The notes: generated by a model from the sequence alone, not told the origin. A stretch of 64,000 nucleotides of DNA from Thermodesulfobacteriota bacterium (GCA_965205855.1 OZ242184.1:1248001-1312000), one strand, 5' to 3'. Positions 35,573 through 46,250 are shown, numbered from the stretch's first letter. Numbers and translations are program-made.

Positions 35573-38383
35573 ATGCCAAAGGAAAACTGGAAAATAGAAA
35601 TTGCGCCCGACTTGGAATTTGCCAAGCTAACGGTTGAGAGGTTTGAAACCGGGCACCGCAAACTGAAAATTAACGAAAAACGCATACTGCACACGCTTTC
35701 GTCTCACAGCCACTTTCTTGCAAGAGCCGCGCTGAGGGACCCCGAAGTTGTCTCTTTTCCGCTCACAAACAAGATAAAAACAAGAGCCGCAACTGAAAAA
35801 CAGCTTATTTCCCTCGGTCACCGCGTTAAAAATACGGACAAGTTTTTTAAAGAATTGAGACTTTTCAAATACCGGCGACTTGCGCAAATCATATATGAGG
35901 ACATAAACGGCGGGAGTTTCATTAAAACAATGGCGGCGCTGTCAGACCTTGCCGGAGCGGTTGTTGAAGCATCCCTTGTTAAACTTTCAAACGATATGGG
36001 AATAAATGACGCGGGAAGGTTCTGCGTTCTCGCAATGGGAAAACTCTCCGGAATGCAGCTCAACCTCAGTTCGGACATAGACCTTATCTACATATATGAA
36101 GACAAGGGAGACGCACGGCCGTTTGTAGATCTCGCCCAGAGGCTTACGACGGAAATAGGCGCGAACACAGAAAACGGATTTCTCTACAGAGTGGACCTCG
36201 GGTTGCGCCCCGCGGGAATGAAGGGCCCAATCGCCATACACATTGAAGGCGCCCTCGAACACTACTTCCGCATGGGTGAGACATGGGAGAAAATAGCCCT
36301 TATGAAGGCGAGTCCCGTCGCGGGAGACAAAAAACTCGGTAATGAACTGCTCACAAAACTTGACCCGTTCATCTACGGGGCGAACATGGATTACGGCTTG
36401 ATTGAAGACATGGGGGAGATGAAAAGAAGACTGGCGCGAATCAGAAAACAACTTGACCTGAAGCTGGGAGCCGGTGGCATAAGGGAGATTGAGTTTTTCA
36501 CTCAGACGCTTCAAATCCTCAACGGAGCAAACGCAAAACTGCGCGATGCCAATACGTTGTCTGCGCTGAAAAAACTTTTGCAGAGAAAAACCATATCCCG
36601 CGAAACCGAGAACATACTGGCAAACAACTACATATTCCTGAGAAAGGTTGAGCACAACGTGCAGCTTGACGAGGAAACGCAAACGCACTCCATTCCGAAC
36701 TCGCCCGCAAAAATCACCAAACTCGCCAAAATGACGGGTTTTTCCGATGCCGGAGAGTTTGAAAAAACCCTTCGGGAAACAATGGAGGAAACCTCAAACA
36801 TCTGCGGAGAGCTGTTCAAAGATGAGAGCGACCGCGACAGTAAAGAGAAAACATCACTTGAGGAGTGGGAAAAAGAAGAGGCGATAATTACCGAATTTTT
36901 CACAACCGGCGATGCGAGCCGTGAAGAAGCACTTCAAAGCCTTGTTTCACTGGGCTTCAGATTTCCCGAAGATTCTCTTGAGATACTCTCCGACCTTGAA
37001 CGCCCCACTCTGGCGGAGGAAGCGGAATCCGATTCCCGTTCCCGAGGTCTGGTGAAAAAACTCCTACGGGTTCTGTTTGAGCAAGTACACGCAGGCGTAT
37101 GTTCGGATTTGACCCTGATAAATCTCAAACATCTCATGACTTATCAGGAATGGAGGATGTCCACATATCCGCTCATTTCCGCCGCGCCAGAAATGCTGAA
37201 AATCTTTCTGAAAATCATAAGCAGCAACAGTTCCGTAAGCTCATGTCTGGTTCGTTATCCCTACTACATAAGTTCGGTCGCGCTCAAAACCCGCGGCTGG
37301 CTGAGAGAGAAAAAAGAGATAGTGCAGTCTCTGGAAGAAATCATGAGACAGCAGGGTTCTTATGAGGAAAGTCTGGAAACCATGTGCCACTTTAAATACA
37401 CCGAAATGCTTAAACTATGCGTGGCACAGTTTGAGAATCAGACCGATTTTATACATACGGGGAAATACCTTTCCCTGCTTGCCGCCACGGTCCTTGAAGT
37501 CGCTCTGAGCCTGTCAAAAAAACTTGCCGGAAAACACAGCACGGGGGCGACCGTGACAAAATCCTGCGTTTTGGGAATGGGAAAACTCGGAGGATGCGAA
37601 CTCAGCTACTCTTCCGACCTGGACATTATATTCTTGCATGACGGCGACAAAACGGAGCAGTACACCCATCTGGCACAGAGGCTTCTTGGACTTCTGTCAT
37701 TTTCCGACAGCTGCGGACGCCTGTATGAAACGGATACCGACCTCAGACCTTCGGGGAAATCCGGCACGCTTGTAACATCCCTTGACGCATTCAAAAAATA
37801 CCATGAAGCCCGCGGCGGAGCGCGCCTGTGGGAAAGACAGGCGCTTATAAAAGCTACTCCCTGCGCGGGCGGAAACAATTTCGGCAAAAAAGTTATGGAA
37901 ACGGTTGAAAAATACGCTTACACAATGCCGCTTGAACCCGGCTTTCACCGTGAAATAGCTCACTTACGCCAACGAATGGAAAAGGAACTGGCCCGTGAAG
38001 ACGACAAGGTTTTCAACTTTAAAACCGGCAAGGGCGGAATGGTGGACGTGGAATTTCTTGTTCAGGCCTTACAGTTAAAGCACGGTGCGAAACATACCGG
38101 TGTCAGGAAACCCAACACAATTGAAGCGCTTGACAGCCTTACTGCTTTGAAAATTTTAGGAAAAAGGGAAAGTAAAACTCTGAGAGACGGCTATATTTTC
38201 CTCGGAACTCTATCAAATCTTCAGGGGATTTTTAAAAACAGACATGGAAACAGTCTGAGACTGTATGATTTTGAAAGACTTTCACACGAATTTGAGGCGT
38301 TTTCCACCGCGAAAAAACTGCGCGCCGAATATATTTCGACAACACAAGCGATAAGAAAAATATACAAAGGTTTTTTCAATTGA
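35573..38383 (+). CDS. glnE: glutamine synthetase adenylyltransferase/adenylyl-removing enzyme
   Basis: Two NT domains: MGKLSG..LNLSSDIDL...RVDLGLRP and MGKLGG.ELSYSSDLD...DLRPSG; KLGAGGIREIEF. Confidence 0.93.
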   Translation: MPKENWKIEIAPDLEFAKLTVERFETGHRKLKINEKRILHTLSSHSHFLARAALRDPEVVSFPLTNKIKTRAATEKQLISLGHRVKNTDKFFKELRLFKYRRLAQIIYEDINGGSFIKTMAALSDLAGAVVEASLVKLSNDMGINDAGRFCVLAMGKLSGMQLNLSSDIDLIYIYEDKGDARPFVDLAQRLTTEIGANTENGFLYRVDLGLRPAGMKGPIAIHIEGALEHYFRMGETWEKIALMKASPVAGDKKLGNELLTKLDPFIYGANMDYGLIEDMGEMKRRLARIRKQLDLKLGAGGIREIEFFTQTLQILNGANAKLRDANTLSALKKLLQRKTISRETENILANNYIFLRKVEHNVQLDEETQTHSIPNSPAKITKLAKMTGFSDAGEFEKTLRETMEETSNICGELFKDESDRDSKEKTSLEEWEKEEAIITEFFTTGDASREEALQSLVSLGFRFPEDSLEILSDLERPTLAEEAESDSRSRGLVKKLLRVLFEQVHAGVCSDLTLINLKHLMTYQEWRMSTYPLISAAPEMLKIFLKIISSNSSVSSCLVRYPYYISSVALKTRGWLREKKEIVQSLEEIMRQQGSYEESLETMCHFKYTEMLKLCVAQFENQTDFIHTGKYLSLLAATVLEVALSLSKKLAGKHSTGATVTKSCVLGMGKLGGCELSYSSDLDIIFLHDGDKTEQYTHLAQRLLGLLSFSDSCGRLYETDTDLRPSGKSGTLVTSLDAFKKYHEARGGARLWERQALIKATPCAGGNNFGKKVMETVEKYAYTMPLEPGFHREIAHLRQRMEKELAREDDKVFNFKTGKGGMVDVEFLVQALQLKHGAKHTGVRKPNTIEALDSLTALKILGKRESKTLRDGYIFLGTLSNLQGIFKNRHGNSLRLYDFERLSHEFEAFSTAKKLRAEYISTTQAIRKIYKGFFN

Positions 38384-39795
38384 ATAAGACCAACAGCTCC
38401 GACGAAACAAAAAGATGCATTCTCATGCTCGCAGACGGCGCGCGGGGGGATATTTTTGAGCACCTGATGAGTAAGGGAAAACTGGAAAACATCTCGCGTC
38501 ACATAGTTGAGCCGGGAAGTTTCATACGCGCGTCATCAGTTTTCCCCTCAACCACCGGACCCGCCTACACCCCTTATCTGCTTGGAACTTTCCCCGGAAA
38601 ATGCGGACTGCCGGGAATCCGGTGGCTTGACAAAAAACTGTGGGACAAGCCGTTCACATTCAATCGCATAAGAAGTTATGTCAGTTACGAAGCCAAGTTT
38701 CTCAATACCGATCTAAAGCACGGTCAGCCGACTCTTTTTGAGCTTATTCCCTCAAGTGTCAGCATTTTCAATGAAATGAACAGAGGGCTACCTCCCGAAT
38801 TCAACCTGACCAGACTGTCTTCCGCGTTCCATAAACTGAAAAGCCACTTTCTTGATAATGGAAAATCAATCGACAGAATCGCCGCGGATAAACTGCTCGG
38901 CTGCTTTGACGGAAGAGCGGAGGAGTTTCCTCTTTTTTGCTTTGCGGTCTTTATGGAAATAGATTCTCTTTCCCACAAACTTCACCCTTTTCACCGCAAG
39001 GTTGTGGATGCTTATCTGAAAATTGATGTCATTGTCGGCGAAATTGTCGAAAAACTCAAAAACAAGGGGATTTTTGAACAGACCCTTTTGGCAATTGTAA
39101 GTGACCACGGACTGACCGCCACACACACTCATCTGGACCTCACAAGAATCCTTGAGAAAAAGGGGTTCAAAATTCTTCAATATCCGAACATATTCCGCAA
39201 CTTCTTCGGCGCGGATTGCTCCGTTATGGTTTCGGGCAATTCAATGGCGCACATATATTTCAGGGACGCGGCGGCGAAGGTCAAAAAAAATATAGGACAG
39301 TGCCTCGCTTCCAGAAAAGAGATAGACATAGTTATGAGGCCGGAAGAAAACGGCTGGATTGCAATCTCAAGCCACAGGGGAAAAGGACGGGTCAGAATGG
39401 AAAAGAACACGATATTTTACGAAACAAGCGGCGGCGACCCTTTCGGGTTTCAACCCATGAACAGAGAGATGACAAAAGACGCGCAGTTGGAACTAACCTT
39501 TGAAACGCAATATCCGGATGCTCTGTTGCAGGTATGTCAGATTTTTGAGTCTTCCCGTTCCGGAGACATAGTTGTAAGCGCAAATACGGGTTTTGATTTG
39601 CGAGCGCGGTTTGAGTTTCCCGAACACAGAGCATCTCACGGGGCAATAAACAAAGACCATATCTCCGTTCCCGTCATGCTCAACACGAAGATCCAAAACC
39701 GGCCATCGCGAACGGTGGATATCTATCCGACCATTCTTGAACACATGGGAATGGAAACACCGAAAGACACCGACGGCTCAAGCCTTCTCGTTTAA
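38380..39795 (+). CDS. alkaline phosphatase family (type I phosphodiesterase/nucleotide pyrophosphatase)
   Basis: LADGAR, FPSTTGP, D..SH, VSDHG, SHG, DIYPTIL. Confidence 0.85.
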   Translation: MNKTNSSDETKRCILMLADGARGDIFEHLMSKGKLENISRHIVEPGSFIRASSVFPSTTGPAYTPYLLGTFPGKCGLPGIRWLDKKLWDKPFTFNRIRSYVSYEAKFLNTDLKHGQPTLFELIPSSVSIFNEMNRGLPPEFNLTRLSSAFHKLKSHFLDNGKSIDRIAADKLLGCFDGRAEEFPLFCFAVFMEIDSLSHKLHPFHRKVVDAYLKIDVIVGEIVEKLKNKGIFEQTLLAIVSDHGLTATHTHLDLTRILEKKGFKILQYPNIFRNFFGADCSVMVSGNSMAHIYFRDAAAKVKKNIGQCLASRKEIDIVMRPEENGWIAISSHRGKGRVRMEKNTIFYETSGGDPFGFQPMNREMTKDAQLELTFETQYPDALLQVCQIFESSRSGDIVVSANTGFDLRARFEFPEHRASHGAINKDHISVPVMLNTKIQNRPSRTVDIYPTILEHMGMETPKDTDGSSLLV

Positions 39796-39829
39796 GGGAA
39801 ACCCGTCTTTTGCCGGAGCCGGGGAAATC

Positions 39830-40330
39830 CTACCGCGGAACGGCGGCCTCAATCTCTTTTTCAACTTTCTCTTCGGGCTTTGAAGTCGTAACTGCTATCT
39901 CGCTTGAAATAAGAGAGAACGCATTTTCCATTATCTGTTTTTCTCCGAAAGAGAGGTCTTTTTTCTTGCTTATTCTGAAGATGTCGCGGAACACTTCGGC
40001 AACCTCAAAAATGTCGCCGTTTTTTATTTTTTCCGAATACTCTTTGTGACGTTTGTTCCATGCCTGTTTTTTTGCCCTTGAAAAAGTCGGGGATTTCATG
40101 CCGAGCGTCTCAAAAACCTTGGAAACCCGCCTTTTGGAGATAATTTTCCTCATGCCAACCCCCGATGTGTTTCCCACGGGAACCATAACGGTAATGTCGT
40201 TTTTACGGGTTTTGAGAATGTAGAAATTGGTTTTTTTTCCGGCTATTTCTTTTTTCTCCACAGACTCTATTTTCGCAACTCCGTAGACGGGGTAAACGAC
40301 GTTGTCGCCTGTTTTGAACTGAACGGCCAT
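39830..40330 (-). CDS. carD: CarD-family transcriptional regulator
   Basis: FKTGDNVVYP.YGVA.I, VMVPV, WNKRHKEYSEKI..GDIFEVAEV.RD, LSFGEK. Start taken at ATG 40330. Confidence 0.9.
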   Translation of the reverse strand: MAVQFKTGDNVVYPVYGVAKIESVEKKEIAGKKTNFYILKTRKNDITVMVPVGNTSGVGMRKIISKRRVSKVFETLGMKSPTFSRAKKQAWNKRHKEYSEKIKNGDIFEVAEVFRDIFRISKKKDLSFGEKQIMENAFSLISSEIAVTTSKPEEKVEKEIEAAVPR

Positions 40331-40407
40331 GTAAGCGGGGGAAAACTCCGTACGCAATATTAACAGCACAAGACCACGCGGTCAAATTCTGAAGTTTGAT
40401 AAGGCTG

Positions 40408-40416
40408 TGATACAAT
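40408..40416 (+). promoter_or_regulatory. putative extended -10 promoter for nuoF
   Basis: TGnTACAAT about 40 nt upstream of the ATG. Confidence 0.35.
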
Positions 40417-40457
40417 TTAGCTCCGGCGGCTGAAAGCCGCGCAAACACACAAACACA

Positions 40458-41744
40458 ATGCCCGAAACAAAAATCATAAGAAACTATACCAACAGAGGGA
40501 ACGACTCCCGTTCCATCGAATCATATATTAAATCGGGCGGCTATGAGGCGCTGAAAAAATCCCTCGCCATGAGCCCCGGGGAGATTATTGAAACCGTTAA
40601 ACATTCCGGCCTTCGCGGAAGGGGTGGAGCCGGTTTTCCAACGGGAGTGAAGTGGAGTTTTATTCCAAAGGAAAGCGGAAACCCCATCTATTTGTGCTGC
40701 AATGCCGACGAGAGCGAACCCGGCAGTTTCAAGGACAGAGAGATTATTGAGTGCGACCCTCATCAGATAATTGAAGGAATGGCAATCGCGGCGCGCGCCG
40801 TGGGTGCATCAAAGATGTATATATACATCAGAGGCGAGATGCCTTACGGAGCACGAATAATTGAAGACGCGCTTAAAGAGGCGTATGCGGGCGGATATCT
40901 CGGAGAGAACGTAATGGGTTCGGACCTCTGCGTGGATGCCGTTCTTTTCAGGGGCGCGGGGGCATATATCTGCGGTGAGGAAACCGGAATGCTTGAATCA
41001 ATAGAGGGAAAAAACGGAGAGCCGAGACCCAAGCCTCCTTTCCCGGCGCAGTCAGGCCTTTTCAACTGTCCGACCGTTATCAACAACGTGGAAACTCTTG
41101 CGTGCGTTCCCCATATAATCAAAAGAGGAGCGGAGTGGTTTTCATCAATCGGCGTTCCAAAAAACACCGGCACAAAAATTTTCGGGCTCAGCGGATGCGT
41201 GAACCGTCCCGGTCTGTATGAGCTTCCGCTCGGCATATCATTGCGTGAATTGATATATGAATACGGTGGCGGAATTCCCGAAGGCAGACAAATCAAGGCC
41301 GTGTCTCCGGGAGGGTCTTCTTCCGGCATGCTTACGGCGGACGAGATAGACACCGCGATGGACTTTGACACATTAAACCGGCTCGGGTCAATGCTCGGAA
41401 CTGCGGGCGTAACGGTTATGGACGAAACGGTTTCAATGGTTAGCGCGGCGCGAAATCTCGCGCATTTCTATAGGGACGAATCCTGCGGTCAATGCGTTCA
41501 ATGCCGCGAGGGAACATGGTGGCTTGAACAGATGCTCGCAAATATAGAGAAAGGGAAAGGCTCGGTTGAATATCTTGATACAATCCTTGATATCTGCTCG
41601 CAGATGAGCGGCAAGACCATCTGCGCGCTCGCGGACGGTTGCGCAATGCCGGTTGAATCCACGGTGCGAAAGTTCCGGGAAGAGTTTGAGCAGGCAATCG
41701 CAAACGGCGGAGTCAAGTCCAAAAAACTGGGAACATGGAATTAG
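40458..41744 (+). CDS. nuoF: NADH-quinone oxidoreductase subunit F
   Basis: SGLRGRGGAGFPTG.KW, NADESEPG, GAGAYICGEET, ESCGQC..CREG, TICAL. Confidence 0.95.
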   Translation: MPETKIIRNYTNRGNDSRSIESYIKSGGYEALKKSLAMSPGEIIETVKHSGLRGRGGAGFPTGVKWSFIPKESGNPIYLCCNADESEPGSFKDREIIECDPHQIIEGMAIAARAVGASKMYIYIRGEMPYGARIIEDALKEAYAGGYLGENVMGSDLCVDAVLFRGAGAYICGEETGMLESIEGKNGEPRPKPPFPAQSGLFNCPTVINNVETLACVPHIIKRGAEWFSSIGVPKNTGTKIFGLSGCVNRPGLYELPLGISLRELIYEYGGGIPEGRQIKAVSPGGSSSGMLTADEIDTAMDFDTLNRLGSMLGTAGVTVMDETVSMVSAARNLAHFYRDESCGQCVQCREGTWWLEQMLANIEKGKGSVEYLDTILDICSQMSGKTICALADGCAMPVESTVRKFREEFEQAIANGGVKSKKLGTWN

Positions 41745-41750
41745 CGTTAT

Positions 41751-41824
41751 TGGCTGGGGCGGGAGGATTCGAACCTCCACTGCCGGAGTCAAAGTCCGGT
41801 GTCCTGCCCTTAGACGACGCCCCA
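41751..41824 (-). tRNA. tRNA-Gln (UUG)
   Basis: TGGGGCG...CCGGA-CT-TTG-AC-TCCGG...GGTTCGAATCC...CGCCCCAGCCA cloverleaf with encoded CCA; follows ispE as is common. Confidence 0.96.
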
Positions 41825-41858
41825 ATTTCCACCTAAGCTATACAATACGGAAAGCGAC

Positions 41859-42743
41859 TTAAAGGTTCGGAGAAAACCGCTCTCCGGTTTTCTCCCGCCA
41901 TCCCTCAATTCCGCACGCGAGAAAACACTCAAAACCGCCGGCCCTTTTTATTCGCTCAAACACGGGCGCGGCTTCCTTTTCATCCTGAAACACGGAAACA
42001 AAAGCGGAGCCCGAACCGGTCATCAAAAATGGAACGCCGTAACCGGCTTCTATCAGAGAGTAAAAACGCGCGAGTTCGGGGTAGAGCGAAAACGCAGCCG
42101 GCTGAAGGTCGTTTATCATCTCAACCGGAGGGTTCACATGCCAGAATTTTTCCGCGCTGCCGCGCGGCGGTATGTGCAACCCCAGCTCATCCCACCTGCG
42201 GTAAACTTCCTCCGTGCGGGACTCAAAACCGGGAAAACAGATCAGATAAACAAAAGAAGGGAAATTTTTCAACGGCTCCACGGTCGCGCCTGTTCCCGAA
42301 ATTCTGCAGGCACCGCACCTGAGAAAAAGCGGGACATCCGACCCGACTTTGTTTCCAATTTCACACAGGGTTTCATATCGCAGAACGTCGAAGATCCGGT
42401 TAAGACCCGCGAGAACGGCAGCGGCATTGCCGCTGCCACCGCCGAGACCGGCTCCCGAAGGGATGTTTTTTTTGAGAAATATCTCCACCCCGCATTCAAG
42501 ACCGGCCTCTTTGACAAACAGCTGCGCGGCAATAAAAGCGGTGTTCTCTCCGGCAGGAACCGGACACGGGCCGTCTATAATTAAGGAAACGCCGCCTTTG
42601 GGCAAGACCCTTATACGCACTTCGTCAAATATGCTCACGGGCTGAACGGTTGACTCTATATTGTGAAACCCGTTGTCTCGCAAATCAAGAACGCGAAGGT
42701 TGAGATTCACCTTTGCCGGAGACAGTACCGTGAACTCGCTCAT
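41859..42743 (-). CDS. ispE: 4-diphosphocytidyl-2-C-methyl-D-erythritol kinase
   Basis: SPAKVNL.L, KNIPSGAGLGGGSGNAA, GSDVP, NDLQ, MTGSGS. Confidence 0.95.
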   Translation of the reverse strand: MSEFTVLSPAKVNLNLRVLDLRDNGFHNIESTVQPVSIFDEVRIRVLPKGGVSLIIDGPCPVPAGENTAFIAAQLFVKEAGLECGVEIFLKKNIPSGAGLGGGSGNAAAVLAGLNRIFDVLRYETLCEIGNKVGSDVPLFLRCGACRISGTGATVEPLKNFPSFVYLICFPGFESRTEEVYRRWDELGLHIPPRGSAEKFWHVNPPVEMINDLQPAAFSLYPELARFYSLIEAGYGVPFLMTGSGSAFVSVFQDEKEAAPVFERIKRAGGFECFLACGIEGWREKTGERFSPNL

Positions 42744-42782
42744 ATGCCGTGTTATTATGTTTTGAGCGCGTGGGCAAGTCCA

Positions 42783-43163
42783 ATGTTTTTTAAACTACTT
42801 CTGTTTTTTATCTCGGTGCCTCTTATCGAGCTGGCAATTCTTATCAAGCTTATCGGCGTGCTGGAAACGATTTGGATAGTTATCGCGACCGGTGTGCTTG
42901 GCGCTTATCTTGTGCGGCGGCAGGGAATGTCGGTTCTAATGTCAATACAGGGCGATTTGAGCAACAACAGGATACCTTCCGAATCTCTTATGGACGGGGT
43001 TATGATAATTGTCAGTGCGGTGTTGCTGCTTACTCCGGGACTGCTGACCGACTTCGCGGGATTTCTCCTCCTTATTCCCCGGATGCGGAGCACGGTTAAA
43101 ACATTGATTCGGAAACGCATTGAGAAAAAATTGGACATAATCGACATCAGTCCCGAGACGTAA
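42783..43163 (+). CDS. fxsA: FxsA family membrane protein
   Basis: VPLIELAILI, LLLTPGLLTD..G..LLIP. Start taken at ATG 42783. Confidence 0.88.
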   Translation: MFFKLLLFFISVPLIELAILIKLIGVLETIWIVIATGVLGAYLVRRQGMSVLMSIQGDLSNNRIPSESLMDGVMIIVSAVLLLTPGLLTDFAGFLLLIPRMRSTVKTLIRKRIEKKLDIIDISPET

Positions 43164-43170
43164 GGAAGAC

Positions 43171-44565
43171 CTAAAACTCATCCTCGTCAAAACCTAGAGC
43201 CGCGTTGATTATCGCGGCCGCAACGCCGCTGCCTCCCTTTCTTCCTCTTATTACAACAAAAGGCACATCATCGCCCGCCGCCGCCTCAAGACGGGTTTTG
43301 GACTGCTCAACATTGACAAAACCAACCGGCGCGCCTATGACTCCGAGCGGATTAAAACGCTTTTGCTCCGTATTTAACCGCGAAAGCGTGTCCGCAATCT
43401 CAATCAAAGCGGTCGGGGCGTTTCCAACCGCGAAGAGAGCGGTCGGATGCTTTTGTATCGCGACTCTCATCGCCGCCTGACTTCTTGTAATTCCCTCTTG
43501 TGAGGCAATTTTCAGAGACTCAGGAGTGTCAAGATAGCAAAAGACCTTCGTGCCCTTCCTCTCCGCCAGCCTTTTTGAAACTCCGGCGAGGACCATTTTC
43601 ACATCGGTTACGATTTCACCGCCTGCGAGACCGAGGTTCCACTTTTCAATCGCCTCGTCCGAGCAGTGAAAAAGCGTCTCGTACTCAAAGTCCGCGGTTG
43701 TATGAACGCATCTTTTTATCGCCCTCAACGCTCCTTCCCCCGATGAGTTGGGAGACTTGAGAAACCTCTCCACGGTTTTAAAACTCTTCTTATAGATATC
43801 ATGTGCGGGATCGCTTGTGCCTAAGACATCATTCCGCTCGCTCCGGGGAGTTATCATTCTACCTCCGGCGCTGAATGTTGAAGAATTTCCTATTATCAAA
43901 ACCGTGAACATATTAACCTCTTCGGGACTTAACAGCTCAAGAGTCGTAACGTGCACTCTCTCTTCTTCCCTTGAGACATGGCGGACAACGCCAACTGGTG
44001 TCTGGGGGCCTCTAGCGGAAAGGAATATCTCAATGAGCCGCGGCAGTTGCCAGTATCTTTTCGTGCTTCGGGGGTTATGCACCACGGTAACAAAATCTCC
44101 GTTCGCGGCGGAAGCGATGCGTTTTTCTATCTTCCGCCACGGGGTCAGAAGGTCCGACAGAGAAATTGAACAGAAGTCGTGCCCGAGCGGAGCGCCCAGC
44201 TTTGCGGATGCCGCGACAAAAGCGCTCACGCCCGGAATCACGGAAACCTCCACCGGGCTTTTTCCGCGTTGTGCGGCAAGAAGAACAACGGACGCCATAC
44301 CGTAAATTCCACTGTCTCCGGAACTTATAACCGCGACATTACCGCCCTCTTTCGCAATCTCAAGAGCAATCTCCGCCCTTTCCGTCTCCTCTGAAAGTTC
44401 CCTCTTAATCCGCCTGCAACCGGGGGAAAGCAGATGCTCCACAAATCTGAAATAGTAACCGTAGCCAACCACCACCTCGGCGCGTCCGAGAGCTTGCATG
44501 GCAAGAGAAGTCAGATGCCCCTGCGCTCCCGGCCCTATCCCCACAACTGTTACGCTACCCGGCAC
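43171..44565 (-). CDS. cobJ: precorrin-3B C17-methyltransferase - precorrin-8X methylmutase fusion (CobJ/CbiH-CobH/CbiC)
   Basis: N-half VGIGPG, SSGDSGIYGMA, GAPLGHDF..ISLSDLLTPW; C-half RCVHTTADF, GNAPTAL, PVGFVNV, GRKGGS.VAAA. Confidence 0.92.
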   Translation of the reverse strand: MPGSVTVVGIGPGAQGHLTSLAMQALGRAEVVVGYGYYFRFVEHLLSPGCRRIKRELSEETERAEIALEIAKEGGNVAVISSGDSGIYGMASVVLLAAQRGKSPVEVSVIPGVSAFVAASAKLGAPLGHDFCSISLSDLLTPWRKIEKRIASAANGDFVTVVHNPRSTKRYWQLPRLIEIFLSARGPQTPVGVVRHVSREEERVHVTTLELLSPEEVNMFTVLIIGNSSTFSAGGRMITPRSERNDVLGTSDPAHDIYKKSFKTVERFLKSPNSSGEGALRAIKRCVHTTADFEYETLFHCSDEAIEKWNLGLAGGEIVTDVKMVLAGVSKRLAERKGTKVFCYLDTPESLKIASQEGITRSQAAMRVAIQKHPTALFAVGNAPTALIEIADTLSRLNTEQKRFNPLGVIGAPVGFVNVEQSKTRLEAAAGDDVPFVVIRGRKGGSGVAAAIINAALGFDEDEF

Positions 44566-45277
44566 AGTTGATCCTCTTTGAGATTATCAGCAGGGAAAAA
44601 TACCTAATTTTCGAATCTTCAATTTCGGCAGCGCAACCCGTTATAAAATGCTCCTCTCCTCCAATGTCCCGGCAAAAAAGAAACTCAAGCCCTTTCTCAC
44701 GGATGAGCCTCGCAAGCACCGCGGCACGGGTCGGTTTGAGAACTACTACGGTTTCAAACCGCTCAAGTGCAAGTTCCATATCCCGCTCCGGAGAACCGCC
44801 CGGAATCACGGCTATTTTGTCATTATCAAGACCAAGACAAACGGCCGCTGCTGCAGCCGCTGCGGACGGAGAGGAAACACCGGGAATCAGTTCAAAATTC
44901 CCCTCGAAAACATCATCGCATAAAATACGAAACGTTGTGCTGTAAAGAGAAAGACACCCTTCGCATACAACCGCCACATCAAAGCCGTTGCACAGGTCTT
45001 TAAGGAACATTTCTCTCACGCGCCGGTAGGAATCTTCCGCCGCATTCCTGTTTTCCATGCTCACTTCAAAGGGCTTTGCCGTGCTCTCAAGGCCGTAGTG
45101 GCACAGAATGGACAAACAGCGGCTTGCCCCCGAACCGAGCGAGGAAACTGGATAGTAAATTCTGTCCGATTCTTTCAACGCCTCAACAGCCCTGACGGTT
45201 ATCAGGTCCGGCGCGCCGGGACCAAGCGAAACTCCGCGAAGCCGTCCCGTTGGCCTCCGGTCATTTGTCCTGCTCAT
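44555..45277 (-). CDS. cobI: precorrin-2/cobalt-factor II C20-methyltransferase
   Basis: GVSLGPGAPDLITVRA, EG..SLYST, IPGVSS, YFSLLI. Confidence 0.85.
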   Translation of the reverse strand: MSRTNDRRPTGRLRGVSLGPGAPDLITVRAVEALKESDRIYYPVSSLGSGASRCLSILCHYGLESTAKPFEVSMENRNAAEDSYRRVREMFLKDLCNGFDVAVVCEGCLSLYSTTFRILCDDVFEGNFELIPGVSSPSAAAAAAAVCLGLDNDKIAVIPGGSPERDMELALERFETVVVLKPTRAAVLARLIREKGLEFLFCRDIGGEEHFITGCAAEIEDSKIRYFSLLIISKRINCAG

Positions 45278-46193
45278 TCAAACTGCCTTCGGAGGGAAGC
45301 ACTCCCCTGACGTGGAAGTGGTGTCCGACCTGTTCTTTGCCCGCATCACCCTCAAAGCCGATTATCTGCGTTCTGTATTTGCACAGTTGGCAATTCATAT
45401 TGGCACTCCCCGCCTCAACTTCCCCAACCCTCTCGTCAAGGATATCAAGTATCAAACCGTGAGAGCCAAAAGGTTCGGTGAACACAATCTCTTTTTTAGA
45501 AACCGCACGGTGCTTTTCAATCTGAGAGTGGATTTTTTTCAAAAGCACTCCCGTGAAAAGAAACACTGGAACGGCGACTACTCTTGAATAGGGAAGACAC
45601 TCAAGAAGTTTGAGAGTCTCCTCAAGGTTGGGCTTTGTAACCCCTATATAAGCGGTGTGCGAAAAACCGAAACCCATTCCCTCTTCAAGCATCCTCGCCA
45701 TTTTTGCGACATCGGAATTCCCGTCCGGATCGGAGGTCCCTCTGCCTACAAGTAACAGGCAGGTATTTTCCCTTGGAGCGGGAGGCAGGCTTCGTTCGCA
45801 CTTTTCTATGAGCAGACGGCACAGTTGAAGCAGCTGCGGAGAAACGCCGAGAAAACTTCCGAACCGTATGCTAAGGTCTTTATAAGCTGCCTGTATAGAG
45901 TTCATCTCAAAGGGCATATCATTTTTGGCATGTCCGCCGGCAAAAAGAATGGCGGGAAGAGAGATAATGTCACTGACCCCCTTTTCCCTCATCACTCTTA
46001 CCGCGGAATCGAAAGTCGGGTGGGCAAACTCGAGAAACCCGTAGTCCACTACCATATCGGGATGACGCCGCCTCATTGCCAGAACCAGATTTTTAAAACC
46101 CTCCACCCCTTCGGGATCACGGCTTCCGTGCCCGCAAATTAGAATGCCTTTCCCAGCGGCGGACGGCGATGATATTTCACTTTGAGAATTCAA
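45261..46193 (-). CDS. cbiX: sirohydrochlorin cobaltochelatase, long form
   Basis: GHGSRD, FLEFAHP, GGHAKND, GRGTSDPDGN, C-terminal MNCQLCKYR and HHFH tail. Confidence 0.92.
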   Translation of the reverse strand: MNSQSEISSPSAAGKGILICGHGSRDPEGVEGFKNLVLAMRRRHPDMVVDYGFLEFAHPTFDSAVRVMREKGVSDIISLPAILFAGGHAKNDMPFEMNSIQAAYKDLSIRFGSFLGVSPQLLQLCRLLIEKCERSLPPAPRENTCLLLVGRGTSDPDGNSDVAKMARMLEEGMGFGFSHTAYIGVTKPNLEETLKLLECLPYSRVVAVPVFLFTGVLLKKIHSQIEKHRAVSKKEIVFTEPFGSHGLILDILDERVGEVEAGSANMNCQLCKYRTQIIGFEGDAGKEQVGHHFHVRGVLPSEGSLNEQDK

Positions 46194-46250
46194 TTATTTC
46201 CCGCGCAGACACAAACTCCCGCAAGCTGAGAGAATACTTGATTGAGAGTT

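Noticed and set aside
41433-41862. Track ORFs overlapping tRNA-Gln and the nuoF 3' end
   Set aside because: Spurious translations of the tRNA and of other nuoF frames.
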